Origin: Chthoniobacteraceae bacterium
GTDB taxonomy: Bacteria > Verrucomicrobiota > Verrucomicrobiia > Chthoniobacterales > Chthoniobacteraceae
Assembly (NCBI GenBank): GCA_031409655.1
Contig: JANNXQ010000039.1
Location: forward strand, 1 to 43,467
DNA length: 43,467 nt
Reading direction: 5' to 3'
Below are positions 29,180-37,617 of the stretch, one piece after another (within the stretch, counting starts at the first letter, position 1; every line of letters starts with the position of its first letter). The position numbers were made by a program, and so were the translations under genes. The notes below the pieces were generated by a model. The model searched no databases, had not been told where the DNA came from, and was given only the letters and a program-made list of their open reading frames with translations.

Positions 29180-30304
29180 CTACGCGAGACCGAGCTGGCC
29201 CTTGAAGACCCAGACCAGCGCCTTCACGGCGAGCTCTGAGATATTGAAGGGCTTGCCGACGAAATCGTTGCCGCCACTGAGATTCGACTGCACGCGATTT
29301 TGGAATGTCGCCATGCCCGTGATGAAGACGACGGGCGTCTTCTCGTGCATCGGCAGGGAGCGAATCTTCGCGCAGAGATCGAAGCCATTCATCTCCGGCA
29401 TGCCGACATCGAGGAAGATGAGATCAAAGACCTCGGCACTGAGGGCGTTCAAAGCGGTGGACGGCGTAGCGGCAGCGCTCGTTTTCAAACCGACCGTTTG
29501 GACGCCCGCGCTGATGATCTTGCGGGCGCCGTCTTCGTCATCGACCACGAGCACCTGCGCCGAAGAGGGCTCCCGAGTTTTGCCGCGATTTTTCTCAGCG
29601 ATGAGGATGTTCAGGAAATCCACGGCCTGACCGAGCGTGCGGAGGGTCGAGGGATTGCACTGCGACGGGAGCTTGACGAGATCGTGAGCCAGCGCCTCCA
29701 GCGCGCAGCCAAAGTGAAAAACGGTCCGCTGTCCGAGCAGCGACATCTGTTCGGTGAAGTTGTGAATGCGCTGGAGGAATTCTCGGAGCGCCGCCACGTC
29801 GCGCGGGTCGCGCGCCGCATTGTGCAGCGTCTGTCGCATGAGATTGATCGCGTCCGGTGCCGATTGGAGGCCCTGTTTCAGCCAGGCGTCCTCGGCCTGG
29901 AAGGTGAGATTTTTCTGCAAGGCCGAAGTCGGATCGAGCCCGAGCGAGGTCTCGACCGCGTCGATTGCGCTGGCGATCGGATTCGCGGCCCGGGAGAGCG
30001 AGCACGTTGCGCCGGCGTTTTGCGCCGCTTCGGTGAACTGCGGCCGATTGGTCGGTAAAGTAATGATCGGCACGGACTGGGTGGCCGTCTCGGCGCGCAG
30101 GCGAGTGATGACCTCGGGCACCTCGGGCGAGGAAGTGAGGGGATCGAGCACGATGGCATCCGGCCGGTGATCCGCCGCGAGTTTCAACCCGGCAGAGCCC
30201 GAGCGAGCGGCATCCACCTGGAACCCCGCCGCTTCGAAGCGCGCGCGATAGAGGTGATTGAGCAGACGATCTTCGGCGATCAAAAGGACGCGTTTGGAAT
30301 TCAT
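29180..30304 (-). CDS. Response regulator with two receiver domains and a central helical domain
   Basis: N-terminal degenerate REC (LLIAED..VLDP); C-terminal canonical REC (VVDDE..LDVGMP..ITG..KPF). Confidence 0.85.
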   Translation of the reverse strand: MNSKRVLLIAEDRLLNHLYRARFEAAGFQVDAARSGSAGLKLAADHRPDAIVLDPLTSSPEVPEVITRLRAETATQSVPIITLPTNRPQFTEAAQNAGATCSLSRAANPIASAIDAVETSLGLDPTSALQKNLTFQAEDAWLKQGLQSAPDAINLMRQTLHNAARDPRDVAALREFLQRIHNFTEQMSLLGQRTVFHFGCALEALAHDLVKLPSQCNPSTLRTLGQAVDFLNILIAEKNRGKTREPSSAQVLVVDDEDGARKIISAGVQTVGLKTSAAATPSTALNALSAEVFDLIFLDVGMPEMNGFDLCAKIRSLPMHEKTPVVFITGMATFQNRVQSNLSGGNDFVGKPFNISELAVKALVWVFKGQLGLA

Positions 30305-30604
30305 GGCAGAGACTTGGGAATAACGGTGGAGATGCGACGACGTACCGCACCTTTGATAATGCACGATACGTGCCCGGGTCGGAGGTTTTGTCACCGACGC
30401 TTCGGCTCGCACAGGCGCTGCTGACAGTTCATCCGCCGCTCCCCAGCGCGGCTTCCTTTTCCGTCATGAAGTCCGAACGAAAGACCCCGCCAAAACGCAT
30501 CGTCCGCTGCCGCCTCCGCGGCACTGGTGAGCGGCGGCAATTGCGCGACGCCCTGAAGCTTTGGGCAAAAAGGGATCGCTCCCGTCCCTGAGGCGAAAAA
30601 ATTC

Positions 30605-30632
30605 TTGAGCACCCGGCAGTGCTGACTAGTCT
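30605..30632 (+). promoter_or_regulatory. Putative sigma70 promoter of tRNA-Lys
   Basis: TTGAGC-N16-TAGTCT followed by a GC-rich discriminator, 16 nt before the tRNA. Confidence 0.5.
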
Positions 30633-30648
30633 CCGCACTCGCGAGGAA

Positions 30649-30724
30649 GCACCGCTAGCTCAATTGGCAGAGCAAATGACTCTTAATCATTAGGTTCTTG
30701 GTTCGATTCCAAGGCGGTGCACCA
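30649..30724 (+). tRNA. tRNA-Lys (anticodon CTT)
   Basis: 76-nt cloverleaf: GCACCGC/GCGGTGC acceptor, GCTC/GAGC D-stem, AATGA-CTCTTAA-TCATT anticodon arm, CTTGG-TTCGATT-CCAAG T-arm, encoded CCA. Confidence 0.97.
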
Positions 30725-30917
30725 CTGCGGGAGAGGTAGTCGCGACGGATTGGCGACGCCGTCGAAACTCGTGCTTCGGGAAAAATGGAGGGTCGTGCTG
30801 GAATTGCACTAAATCCGCGAAGTGCCCACATGGCCCGAAAATGCACGGGCCTGTGCTGCCGAGGCATGTTGCAAACGCTCGCCTGACGGCCAGTCCTCTG
30901 ACCATCATTCGCACGCC

Positions 30918-32027
30918 ATGGAAGCAGACCCGCATCACCTTGCACTCGCACCCTGGGTGCAGGCGGGCGCGGATCTCCCGGTTGCCTTCGCGCAAGTTCG
31001 CGAGGACGCGCTGCTGGATCAGCGGGTGGTCGAACGCCTCGGGGCTCAGGCCCGGGTGATGATGATTGCCTCCGGCGGTTGCACGGCGGCGGCGCTGGCC
31101 GCATCGCCGCACGTTTCGAGTCTCCATCTGGTCGATCCGAATCCGGCGCAGCTCGCGCTCACGCGGCTGAAGCTGCGCCTGCTGCAATCCGCCAGCAGAC
31201 CGGAGAGATTGGCGATCCTCGGACACGCGGCGATGGGAGCGGCGGATCGGAAAGCCCGGCTGGCCGAGGAACTGCAGTCGCTCGACTTGCCGGCTGATAT
31301 TCTCGGGCCACCGGAGTTTGTCGCCAAAGTGGGGCCGGATCATGCCGGGCGATACGAGCGGGTTTTCGTGCAGTTGCGGGAAGCGCTCGGCGCTCATTCA
31401 TCCGCGCTGGGCGCGGTGCTGCGCTTGCGCGATCCGGCCGAGCAGGCAAGCCGCGTCGCGCCATCCACGGCGTTGGGGCGCGCGCTGGATGGGAGCTTTG
31501 ACGAAGTATTGGCGTTGCCAAATCTCGTGCGTCTCTTTGGGGCGGGGGCGACGAAGAATCCCGCGGAACCGTTTTCGAGGCACTTCGCACGGCGCACCCG
31601 CCACGTGCTGGCCAGGCTGCCCGCCGCCGATAATCCGTTCCTCTGGCAAATGCTTGGCGGCCATTTTCCTGACGGGGTCGTTTCGCCGTGGCTGTCTGCG
31701 CCGCTGCCCGCGAAGATCCCGGCGGTGACCTGGACGATCGCCTTCATGAACGAGGCCCTCGGTGCGGCCGAGCCCGAGACTTTCGATTTCGTGCATCTCT
31801 CGAATATCCTGGACTGGCTCACGCCTGCCGAAGCCGGTGCGACGCTGGCCCGGGCGTGTTCCGCTCTGCGACCTGGAGGCCGCGTCCTGATTCGCCAGCT
31901 CAACTCGACTTTGGACATCTCGGCGCTGGGCGCGCCGTTCGCCTGGGAGGATGCGGAGGCCAAAGTGCTGCACGCCGCCGACCGCAGCTTTTTCTACCGC
32001 CGCCTGCACCTTGGTCGAAAGCGATGA
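30918..32027 (+). CDS. DUF3419 / BtaA-like SAM-dependent 3-amino-3-carboxypropyl transferase family protein
   Basis: FAQVRED, MIASGGCT (SAM-binding), VDPNPAQLAL..LKL, FDFVHLSNILDW, LRPGGRV, DRSFFY. Confidence 0.8.
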   Translation: MEADPHHLALAPWVQAGADLPVAFAQVREDALLDQRVVERLGAQARVMMIASGGCTAAALAASPHVSSLHLVDPNPAQLALTRLKLRLLQSASRPERLAILGHAAMGAADRKARLAEELQSLDLPADILGPPEFVAKVGPDHAGRYERVFVQLREALGAHSSALGAVLRLRDPAEQASRVAPSTALGRALDGSFDEVLALPNLVRLFGAGATKNPAEPFSRHFARRTRHVLARLPAADNPFLWQMLGGHFPDGVVSPWLSAPLPAKIPAVTWTIAFMNEALGAAEPETFDFVHLSNILDWLTPAEAGATLARACSALRPGGRVLIRQLNSTLDISALGAPFAWEDAEAKVLHAADRSFFYRRLHLGRKR

Positions 32028-32968
32028 TCGTCCATCGAATCCACGCCGCACCCGCGCCGGAGCTGGCGCGCGCGCTGGCCGCGTTCGAAAACCAGTTCCG
32101 CTATCCGTTCGGGCCAGGCCGCACCTTTCGCATCTCGCACGGTGAAGACTATCCGCGTTTTTTTCGCGCGATGGGAGACGGTGTCTCTTTCATAGCCATG
32201 CAGGAGGGAAGCGTGATTGGCACTTTGAGTGCAGCGATTCGGCGGCTGGCGCTGCCGGATGCGGGCGAGCGTTTCGTCGCCTACGTCGGCGATTTGAAAG
32301 TTGCGCGCGGCGCGCGGCGCGGGCGGGCCGTCGTCGCGCTGGCCCACGCGGCGCGCGAATGGGCGGCCCCTCGCGTCGATGCCGCGTTTAGTGTCGTGAT
32401 GGACGGAACTTCTGCGACGCCCGAAAATTACTCTGGTCGCCTCGGAATCCCGCCGCTGGAGCGTCTCGGAAAAATCGTCGTCTTCCAACTGCGCACCGTG
32501 CGCGAACCGGCCGGATTGCCTGCGTTCTTCACGACCCCGGCAAGCGGCCTTGCTTGTCACCAACGGCTGCGCGCAGGCCGCTGCACGCTGTCCGATGGTG
32601 AACCCGAGGAGCGCTCGGAAAATCCTCCGCAATGGCTGCTGCTCCCCGAAGGCTCCGCCTGCGGCCGCATCGAAGACACGCTCCAGGCGAAGCGACTCTT
32701 CGCCGACGATGGCGCGGAGATGCGCAGCGCCCATCTTTCCTGCCTCGCCTACGACAGCGTTCGCTCCGGTGCCGAGATCATTCGGACGGCCTTGCACAGC
32801 GCCGGGCCGCTCGGATTTGGCGCGCTCTTCGTCGCGATCGCCGAGCCGGAAGCTGCGAGCTTCGCCGCCGCGCTCCCCGAGCCGCCGCTGGCCGTCGCGC
32901 CCGCCACGATCTTCGGGACGGGCTTGGCACCTGGCCCACTTTGGAACATCAACACTGCGGAAATCTGA
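32024..32968 (+). CDS. GNAT-fold acyltransferase
   Basis: AYVGDLKVARGARRG motif-A-like segment; ATGA overlap with DUF3419 stop. Confidence 0.7.
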   Translation: MIVHRIHAAPAPELARALAAFENQFRYPFGPGRTFRISHGEDYPRFFRAMGDGVSFIAMQEGSVIGTLSAAIRRLALPDAGERFVAYVGDLKVARGARRGRAVVALAHAAREWAAPRVDAAFSVVMDGTSATPENYSGRLGIPPLERLGKIVVFQLRTVREPAGLPAFFTTPASGLACHQRLRAGRCTLSDGEPEERSENPPQWLLLPEGSACGRIEDTLQAKRLFADDGAEMRSAHLSCLAYDSVRSGAEIIRTALHSAGPLGFGALFVAIAEPEAASFAAALPEPPLAVAPATIFGTGLAPGPLWNINTAEI

Positions 32969-32971
32969 ACC

Positions 32972-33667
32972 ATGAGTGAACCCAACCTCGCCCCACAAGT
33001 CACCGCCGCCGCCAACGACGCGCTGCGGAAAAGCGGCATCCTGCAAAACCCGTATCTCACTGCTCTCGCCGACGGCTCGATGTCCTTGGAACATTTTCGC
33101 CGCACGCAGGAGCAGTTCTTTTTCGCCGTCACGTTTTTCCCGCGCCCGATGGCCGCGCTCGTCGCCCGGATTCCCAATCCGCGCGCCCGTCTCGACATCC
33201 TGCACAACCTCGTCGAAGAGCATGGCGAATTTCAGGAAGAGCAATTTCACCACACCACCTTCCAGCGCTTCCTGACCAGCATCGGCAGCCAGCTCGACGA
33301 AGTCGAAGGCGCCGCGCTCTGGCCGGCGGTGCGCGCTTTCAACAGTGTGCTCAGCGCTTCCTGCCTGCTCGATGAACTCGAGGTCGGCGTGGCGTGCATG
33401 GGCATCATCGAATGTGCCTTCGCCGGAATTTCGGCGGCGATCGGGAAAGGCGTCGTCGAGCGCGGCTGGGTCAAGGCGGAGGATCTCGTGCATTACAAAC
33501 TCCATGCCGAAATCGACCAGCGCCACGCTGAGGAATTTTTCGCCGTCGTCGAGCCTCGCTGGAATGACGAGCGAGGCCGCTACGGCATCGAACAGGGCCT
33601 CGCACTCGGCTCCTACGTTTTCGACCGGCTCTATCGCGACCTCCACGCCGCCGCCCAGACGTCCTGA
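32972..33667 (+). CDS. Heme-oxygenase-like diiron oxidase (CADD/PqqC/TenA fold, iron-containing redox enzyme)
   Basis: NLVEEHG...H, IIE and HAEIDQRH (HxxxDxxH) match the HDO diiron ligand pattern. Confidence 0.82.
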   Translation: MSEPNLAPQVTAAANDALRKSGILQNPYLTALADGSMSLEHFRRTQEQFFFAVTFFPRPMAALVARIPNPRARLDILHNLVEEHGEFQEEQFHHTTFQRFLTSIGSQLDEVEGAALWPAVRAFNSVLSASCLLDELEVGVACMGIIECAFAGISAAIGKGVVERGWVKAEDLVHYKLHAEIDQRHAEEFFAVVEPRWNDERGRYGIEQGLALGSYVFDRLYRDLHAAAQTS

Positions 33668-33835
33668 CCTTGCGTCGGCACGGGCCTGCCGGCCAGGTGG
33701 CTGAGCGGGTCGGCGATTTGAACGCCAGGATCCGGAGCCGAGAGACGATGAGGATCCTTCCGTAAATCGGCGGCGATGTGCTTCCTTGAGGTGCGCGGGA
33801 AAACGGAAAGGCCTTTTCCATTTCGTGCGCTGCAT

Positions 33836-33864
33836 TTGACACCCCGGTTGCTGCCCTCTATCCG
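33836..33864 (+). promoter_or_regulatory. Putative sigma70 promoter upstream of kamA
   Basis: Perfect TTGACA, 17-nt spacer, weak -10 TATCCG. Confidence 0.4.
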
Positions 33865-34097
33865 TTCGCTCACAAATTCATGGCCTCAAGCTGTCGAATC
33901 ATTCCCTCGGGTCACGCTGCCTGCCAGAGCGGTTTCCGAACCGGGCCTGCCCAGGGTCGGGCGCCTATTATTTGCGGCATCCGGCGCGCTGCGCTGCGGC
34001 GTTTCCTTCTCCGTTCCGCGTTTTGAAAGCGCGGACCTCTGCGGGGTTGGCCTGAGCGGCCTTTCCGCGCACCCTCTCTCCCAACCACCACCACATC

Positions 34098-35465
34098 ATG
34101 TACACAGACACCGCCCACGTTGACCCTCCCACGGCTGCCGCCGCTTCGGACTTAGCCTTGATCCCTGCGGCCCGGGATCATCGCCGACTCCGCCGCGACG
34201 AATTCTGGCGGGCGCTGCCTGGATACGCGCAAGTCACCGCCGCCGAATTCCGCTCGCATCAGTTCCAGCAAAAACACACCGTCACCAACGCGCGTCAGCT
34301 CCGGGAAACTTTGGGGAATCTTGTTCCGGAGTCCTTCTTCACCGATCTCGAGGCCGGGCTCGGTCACGCCCCGATGGCTCTGCGCATATCGCCATATCTC
34401 CTCGCGCTCGTCGATTGGTCGGAGCCCGTCGCCGACCCCATCCGCACCCAATTTCTCCCGCTCCGCTCACAGCAGCTTCCTGATCACCCGATGCTGCGTT
34501 TCGATTCCCTGAACGAACGCGAAGACGCTCCGGTGCCGGGGCTCACGCATCGCTACCCAGACAAGGCGCTCTTTCTCCCGCTCGATTCCTGTCCCGTTTA
34601 TTGCCGCTTTTGCACGCGCAGCTACGCCATCGGCGGCGACACTGAGCTGGTGGAAAAGCTGCGCCTCTCCGCCAATCTCGCGCGCTGGGAGCAGGCGTTC
34701 GCCTACATCGCCAGCCAGCCGCGCCTTGAGGACATCGTGATCAGCGGCGGCGATGTGTACAATTTGAAGGCCGATCACATCGAACTCATCGGCCGCCGCC
34801 TCCTCGGGATGCCGAATATCCGCCGCCTTCGCTATGCGACGAAAGGCCTGTGCGTGCTGCCGCAGAAAATTCTCACCGACCATCCGTGGGTCGATGCGCT
34901 CACGCGCGTCGTGGAACTCGGGCGCACCCTGCACAAAGATGTGGTCGTGCACACGCACTTCAATCACCCAAACGAAATCACCGCGATCACGCAGGACGCG
35001 ATGAATCGGCTCGTCGAACGCGGCATCCACGTGCGCTGCCAAACCGTGCTGCAACGCGGGGTGAATGACGCGCCCGCCACGATGCAACTCCTCGTCCGCC
35101 GGCTGGGCTTTGTGAACATCCACCCCTACTACGTCTATACTCACGACATGGTGCCGGGCGTCGAAGATCTGCGCACCCCGCTGCACGTCGCGCAGAGTCT
35201 GGAGAAAGCGGTGCGCGGTTCCACGGCTGGCTTCAATACCCCGCACTTCGTCGTCGATGCTCCTGGGGGCGGCGGAAAGCGCGATGTCCACAGCGCTGAG
35301 CGTTATGATCGTGAAACGGGCGTCGCCGTCTTCACCAGCCCGAGCGTGAAGCCGGGGAAAAAATTTCTCTATTTTGATCCCGTCTCCTCGCTCGACGCCC
35401 ATGCGCAATGGCGCTGGACCGTGCCCGCTGAACGCCGCGCGATGATCGACGAAGCGCTCGCCTGA
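34098..35465 (+). CDS. kamA: KamA-family radical SAM/PLP 2,3-aminomutase (lysine 2,3-aminomutase-like)
   Basis: THRYPDK, CPVYCRFC, ISGGD, HTHFNHPNE, QTVLQRGVND, VVDAPGGGGK (PLP lysine). Confidence 0.88.
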   Translation: MYTDTAHVDPPTAAAASDLALIPAARDHRRLRRDEFWRALPGYAQVTAAEFRSHQFQQKHTVTNARQLRETLGNLVPESFFTDLEAGLGHAPMALRISPYLLALVDWSEPVADPIRTQFLPLRSQQLPDHPMLRFDSLNEREDAPVPGLTHRYPDKALFLPLDSCPVYCRFCTRSYAIGGDTELVEKLRLSANLARWEQAFAYIASQPRLEDIVISGGDVYNLKADHIELIGRRLLGMPNIRRLRYATKGLCVLPQKILTDHPWVDALTRVVELGRTLHKDVVVHTHFNHPNEITAITQDAMNRLVERGIHVRCQTVLQRGVNDAPATMQLLVRRLGFVNIHPYYVYTHDMVPGVEDLRTPLHVAQSLEKAVRGSTAGFNTPHFVVDAPGGGGKRDVHSAERYDRETGVAVFTSPSVKPGKKFLYFDPVSSLDAHAQWRWTVPAERRAMIDEALA

Positions 35466-36113
35466 CTATTCTCGCAACGCTGCTGCCACCGCGCGGATCC
35501 CGCGCTTTCCGAGGATCAGTGACGGATGCGTCATCGCCCAGAGCCGGACATTCCGGGCCTGCGCCATCTCTGAACTGCGGGCCGGGACGATGATCAGATC
35601 GAGCGGGGTGTAGAGGGAGGTGAACTTCACGCGATCGAGCTTCCCGGTGTCGCGCGCAAGATCGCGGAGGAAGGTGCTGTCCGGGCGCATCTGCCGTCCC
35701 CCGGCAGTGGCATTCAGCCAGGCCAGCACCGTCCCTTGATGGGGCGCGGCGAGGGAGATGAAACGGTCCACCCGATCGAGTCCGCCGAGCCTCTGGAGAT
35801 AGTACCGGCTGACGAGTCCGCCCATGCTGAAGCCCACGAGATCAAAGCGCCGGCCGTACAGGACGCGCTCGGTGTAGCCAGCGAGTTGCCGGGCCAGTTC
35901 GTCGAGGCCGGCCTGGCCACCGTTCGGATGAAGGTCCGGGGTGAAGACCTGCCAGCCGCTGACGCGCAGATGATGCGCGAGGCGCGTCATATCTCGGGAG
36001 TCGGAATGGATGCCGTGGACGAGCACCACAGGGTTGCGATCTGGGGCCGGTGGCGGCACGGCTCCGCCGTCCATCGTTGCAAGCACGGAACTGAGCCAGG
36101 CGACGAGGATCAT
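35466..36113 (-). CDS. Small alpha/beta hydrolase (lipase/esterase)
   Basis: PVVLVHG, GFSMGG nucleophile elbow, APHQGT, DLIIVP. Confidence 0.9.
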   Translation of the reverse strand: MILVAWLSSVLATMDGGAVPPPAPDRNPVVLVHGIHSDSRDMTRLAHHLRVSGWQVFTPDLHPNGGQAGLDELARQLAGYTERVLYGRRFDLVGFSMGGLVSRYYLQRLGGLDRVDRFISLAAPHQGTVLAWLNATAGGRQMRPDSTFLRDLARDTGKLDRVKFTSLYTPLDLIIVPARSSEMAQARNVRLWAMTHPSLILGKRGIRAVAAALRE

Positions 36114-36685
36114 GGCGCGGAAAGTAGCGCGCGATTGCGATAGTGGCGAACCTCAAAGTCCGCGGTGCGCAGCGGCACGTCCACCTGCTCGAAGCCATCC
36201 CCGAAGGGCGGAAAGTGCGCGTCACCTTCCACCTCCCGGAAGACGACGCTGAGATAGAGGTCCGTACACTGCGGCAGCGTCTGCGCGTAAATTTGCGCAC
36301 CGCCGATGACGAAAAGTTCGCGCTGGGGTCGCACCCGGTCGAAGGCTGCGAGGAGCTTTGGCAGACTGCGCACGAGCCAGACGTCGCGGGTGGTCATGCG
36401 CTCCAGGCTGAGCTGATACGAGCGGCCGATGCGCGGCGTCCAGTTGCCGACAAAGGCGGGGGCAAAGGCCGGTGCCTGGGAGAGCTTTCGCGGGCGGCGC
36501 GTGAGGACGATGTTCGTGCGATTTGGGAGCGGGCGCCCGAGGCTCTCAAAGGTTTTCCGGCCCATCAGGATGAAGTGCCCGGTGGTGAGTTGCTTGAACC
36601 ACTGGAAGTCCTCGGGCAAGTGCCAGGGGATCTGGTTGTCGCGCCCGATCACGCGATTCAGCGACATGGCGGCGATGGCCTTCAT
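36110..36685 (-). CDS. folA: Dihydrofolate reductase
   Basis: AAMSLNRVIG..NQIPWHLPED, MGRKTFES, PLPNRTNIVLTR, VIGGAQIY, EGDAHFP. Confidence 0.95.
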   Translation of the reverse strand: MKAIAAMSLNRVIGRDNQIPWHLPEDFQWFKQLTTGHFILMGRKTFESLGRPLPNRTNIVLTRRPRKLSQAPAFAPAFVGNWTPRIGRSYQLSLERMTTRDVWLVRSLPKLLAAFDRVRPQRELFVIGGAQIYAQTLPQCTDLYLSVVFREVEGDAHFPPFGDGFEQVDVPLRTADFEVRHYRNRALLSAP

Positions 36686-36705
36686 CGAGCTTCAGGTTTC
36701 CCGCG

Positions 36706-37500
36706 CTAGACGGCGATCGGAGCCTTGATCGCCGGGTGCGGGTCGTAGCCTTCGAGGGTGAAGTCTTCGTTACGGAAGTCCGTGATTTCGCGCACCTCGG
36801 GATTCAGCCGCATCGTCGGGAGCGGGCGCGGCTCGCGGGAGAGTTGCAGCCGGGCTTGCTCGACGTGATTCGAGTAGAGGTGCAGGTCGCCGAAAGTGTG
36901 GATGAATTCGCGCGGCTGCAGCCCACAGACCTGCGCCACCATGAGGGTGAGCAGCGCGTAGCTCGCCACATTGAAAGGCACGCCGAGGAAGATGTCCGCG
37001 CTCCGCTGGTAGAGCTGGCAGCTCAGTTCGCCGTCGGCCACGTAGAACTGGAAAAGCGCGTGACACGGCGGGAGCGCCATCGCGCCGATCTCCCCGGGAT
37101 TCCAGGCGCTGACGATCAACCGCCGCGAGTCGGGGTTCTTTTTGATCTGCGCGATCACGTCCGCGATCTGATCGATCGAGCGTCCATCCGCAGCCCGCCA
37201 GTCGCGCCACTGCGCGCCATAGACGCGGCCGAGATTGCCCTCCGCATCGGCCCATTCGTCCCAGATGGTCACGCCGTTTTCGCGCAGGTAGCGCACGTTC
37301 GTCTCACCGCGCAGAAACCAGAGCAGCTCGTGGATGATCGAGCGCAGGTGCAGCTTCTTCGTCGTGAGCACCGGGAAACCTCGCCTGAGATCGTAGCGCA
37401 CCTGGGCGCCGAAGACCGACGTCGTCCCGGTGCCGGTGCGATCAGACTTCGTCTGGCCGTGATCGAGGACGTGTTGCAGAAGGTCGAGATAAGCGCGCAT
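36706..37500 (-). CDS. thyA: Thymidylate synthase
   Basis: [42 protein letters not shown]. Confidence 0.98.
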   Translation of the reverse strand: MRAYLDLLQHVLDHGQTKSDRTGTGTTSVFGAQVRYDLRRGFPVLTTKKLHLRSIIHELLWFLRGETNVRYLRENGVTIWDEWADAEGNLGRVYGAQWRDWRAADGRSIDQIADVIAQIKKNPDSRRLIVSAWNPGEIGAMALPPCHALFQFYVADGELSCQLYQRSADIFLGVPFNVASYALLTLMVAQVCGLQPREFIHTFGDLHLYSNHVEQARLQLSREPRPLPTMRLNPEVREITDFRNEDFTLEGYDPHPAIKAPIAV

Positions 37501-37501
37501 C

Positions 37502-37617
37502 GAAGGAAAGGATGAAGGATGAAGGAGGAAGGATGAAGTAGAATGCGTGGCTACGATCCGCAGTTCGCGCACGTTGCCGCTTTCATCCTTCATCCTTCAT
37601 CCTTCATCCTTTCCCTC
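37502..37617. repeat. Inverted heptamer arrays (GGATGAA)n / (TTCATCC)n between divergent thyA and folE2
   Basis: About 37-bp near-perfect inverted arms at 37502-37538 and 37581-37617. Confidence 0.85.

Noticed and set aside
30918..32027. Calling DUF3419 a bona fide btaA for betaine lipid synthesis
   Set aside because: No btaB methyltransferase adjacent; context is GNAT plus HDO, so only family-level assignment is supported
33688..33735. tRNA-like pieces after the HDO gene (GGTGGCTGAGCGG on plus; GGCG-TTCAAAT-CGCC on minus)
   Set aside because: The pieces are on opposite strands, no cloverleaf forms and they do not match the tRNA-Lys 3' end, so neither a tRNA nor an attR
33786..33835. GAGGTGCGC...GAAAGG resembling the start of a lysine riboswitch upstream of kamA
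   Set aside because: Lies upstream of the putative promoter and the remaining conserved helices could not be found
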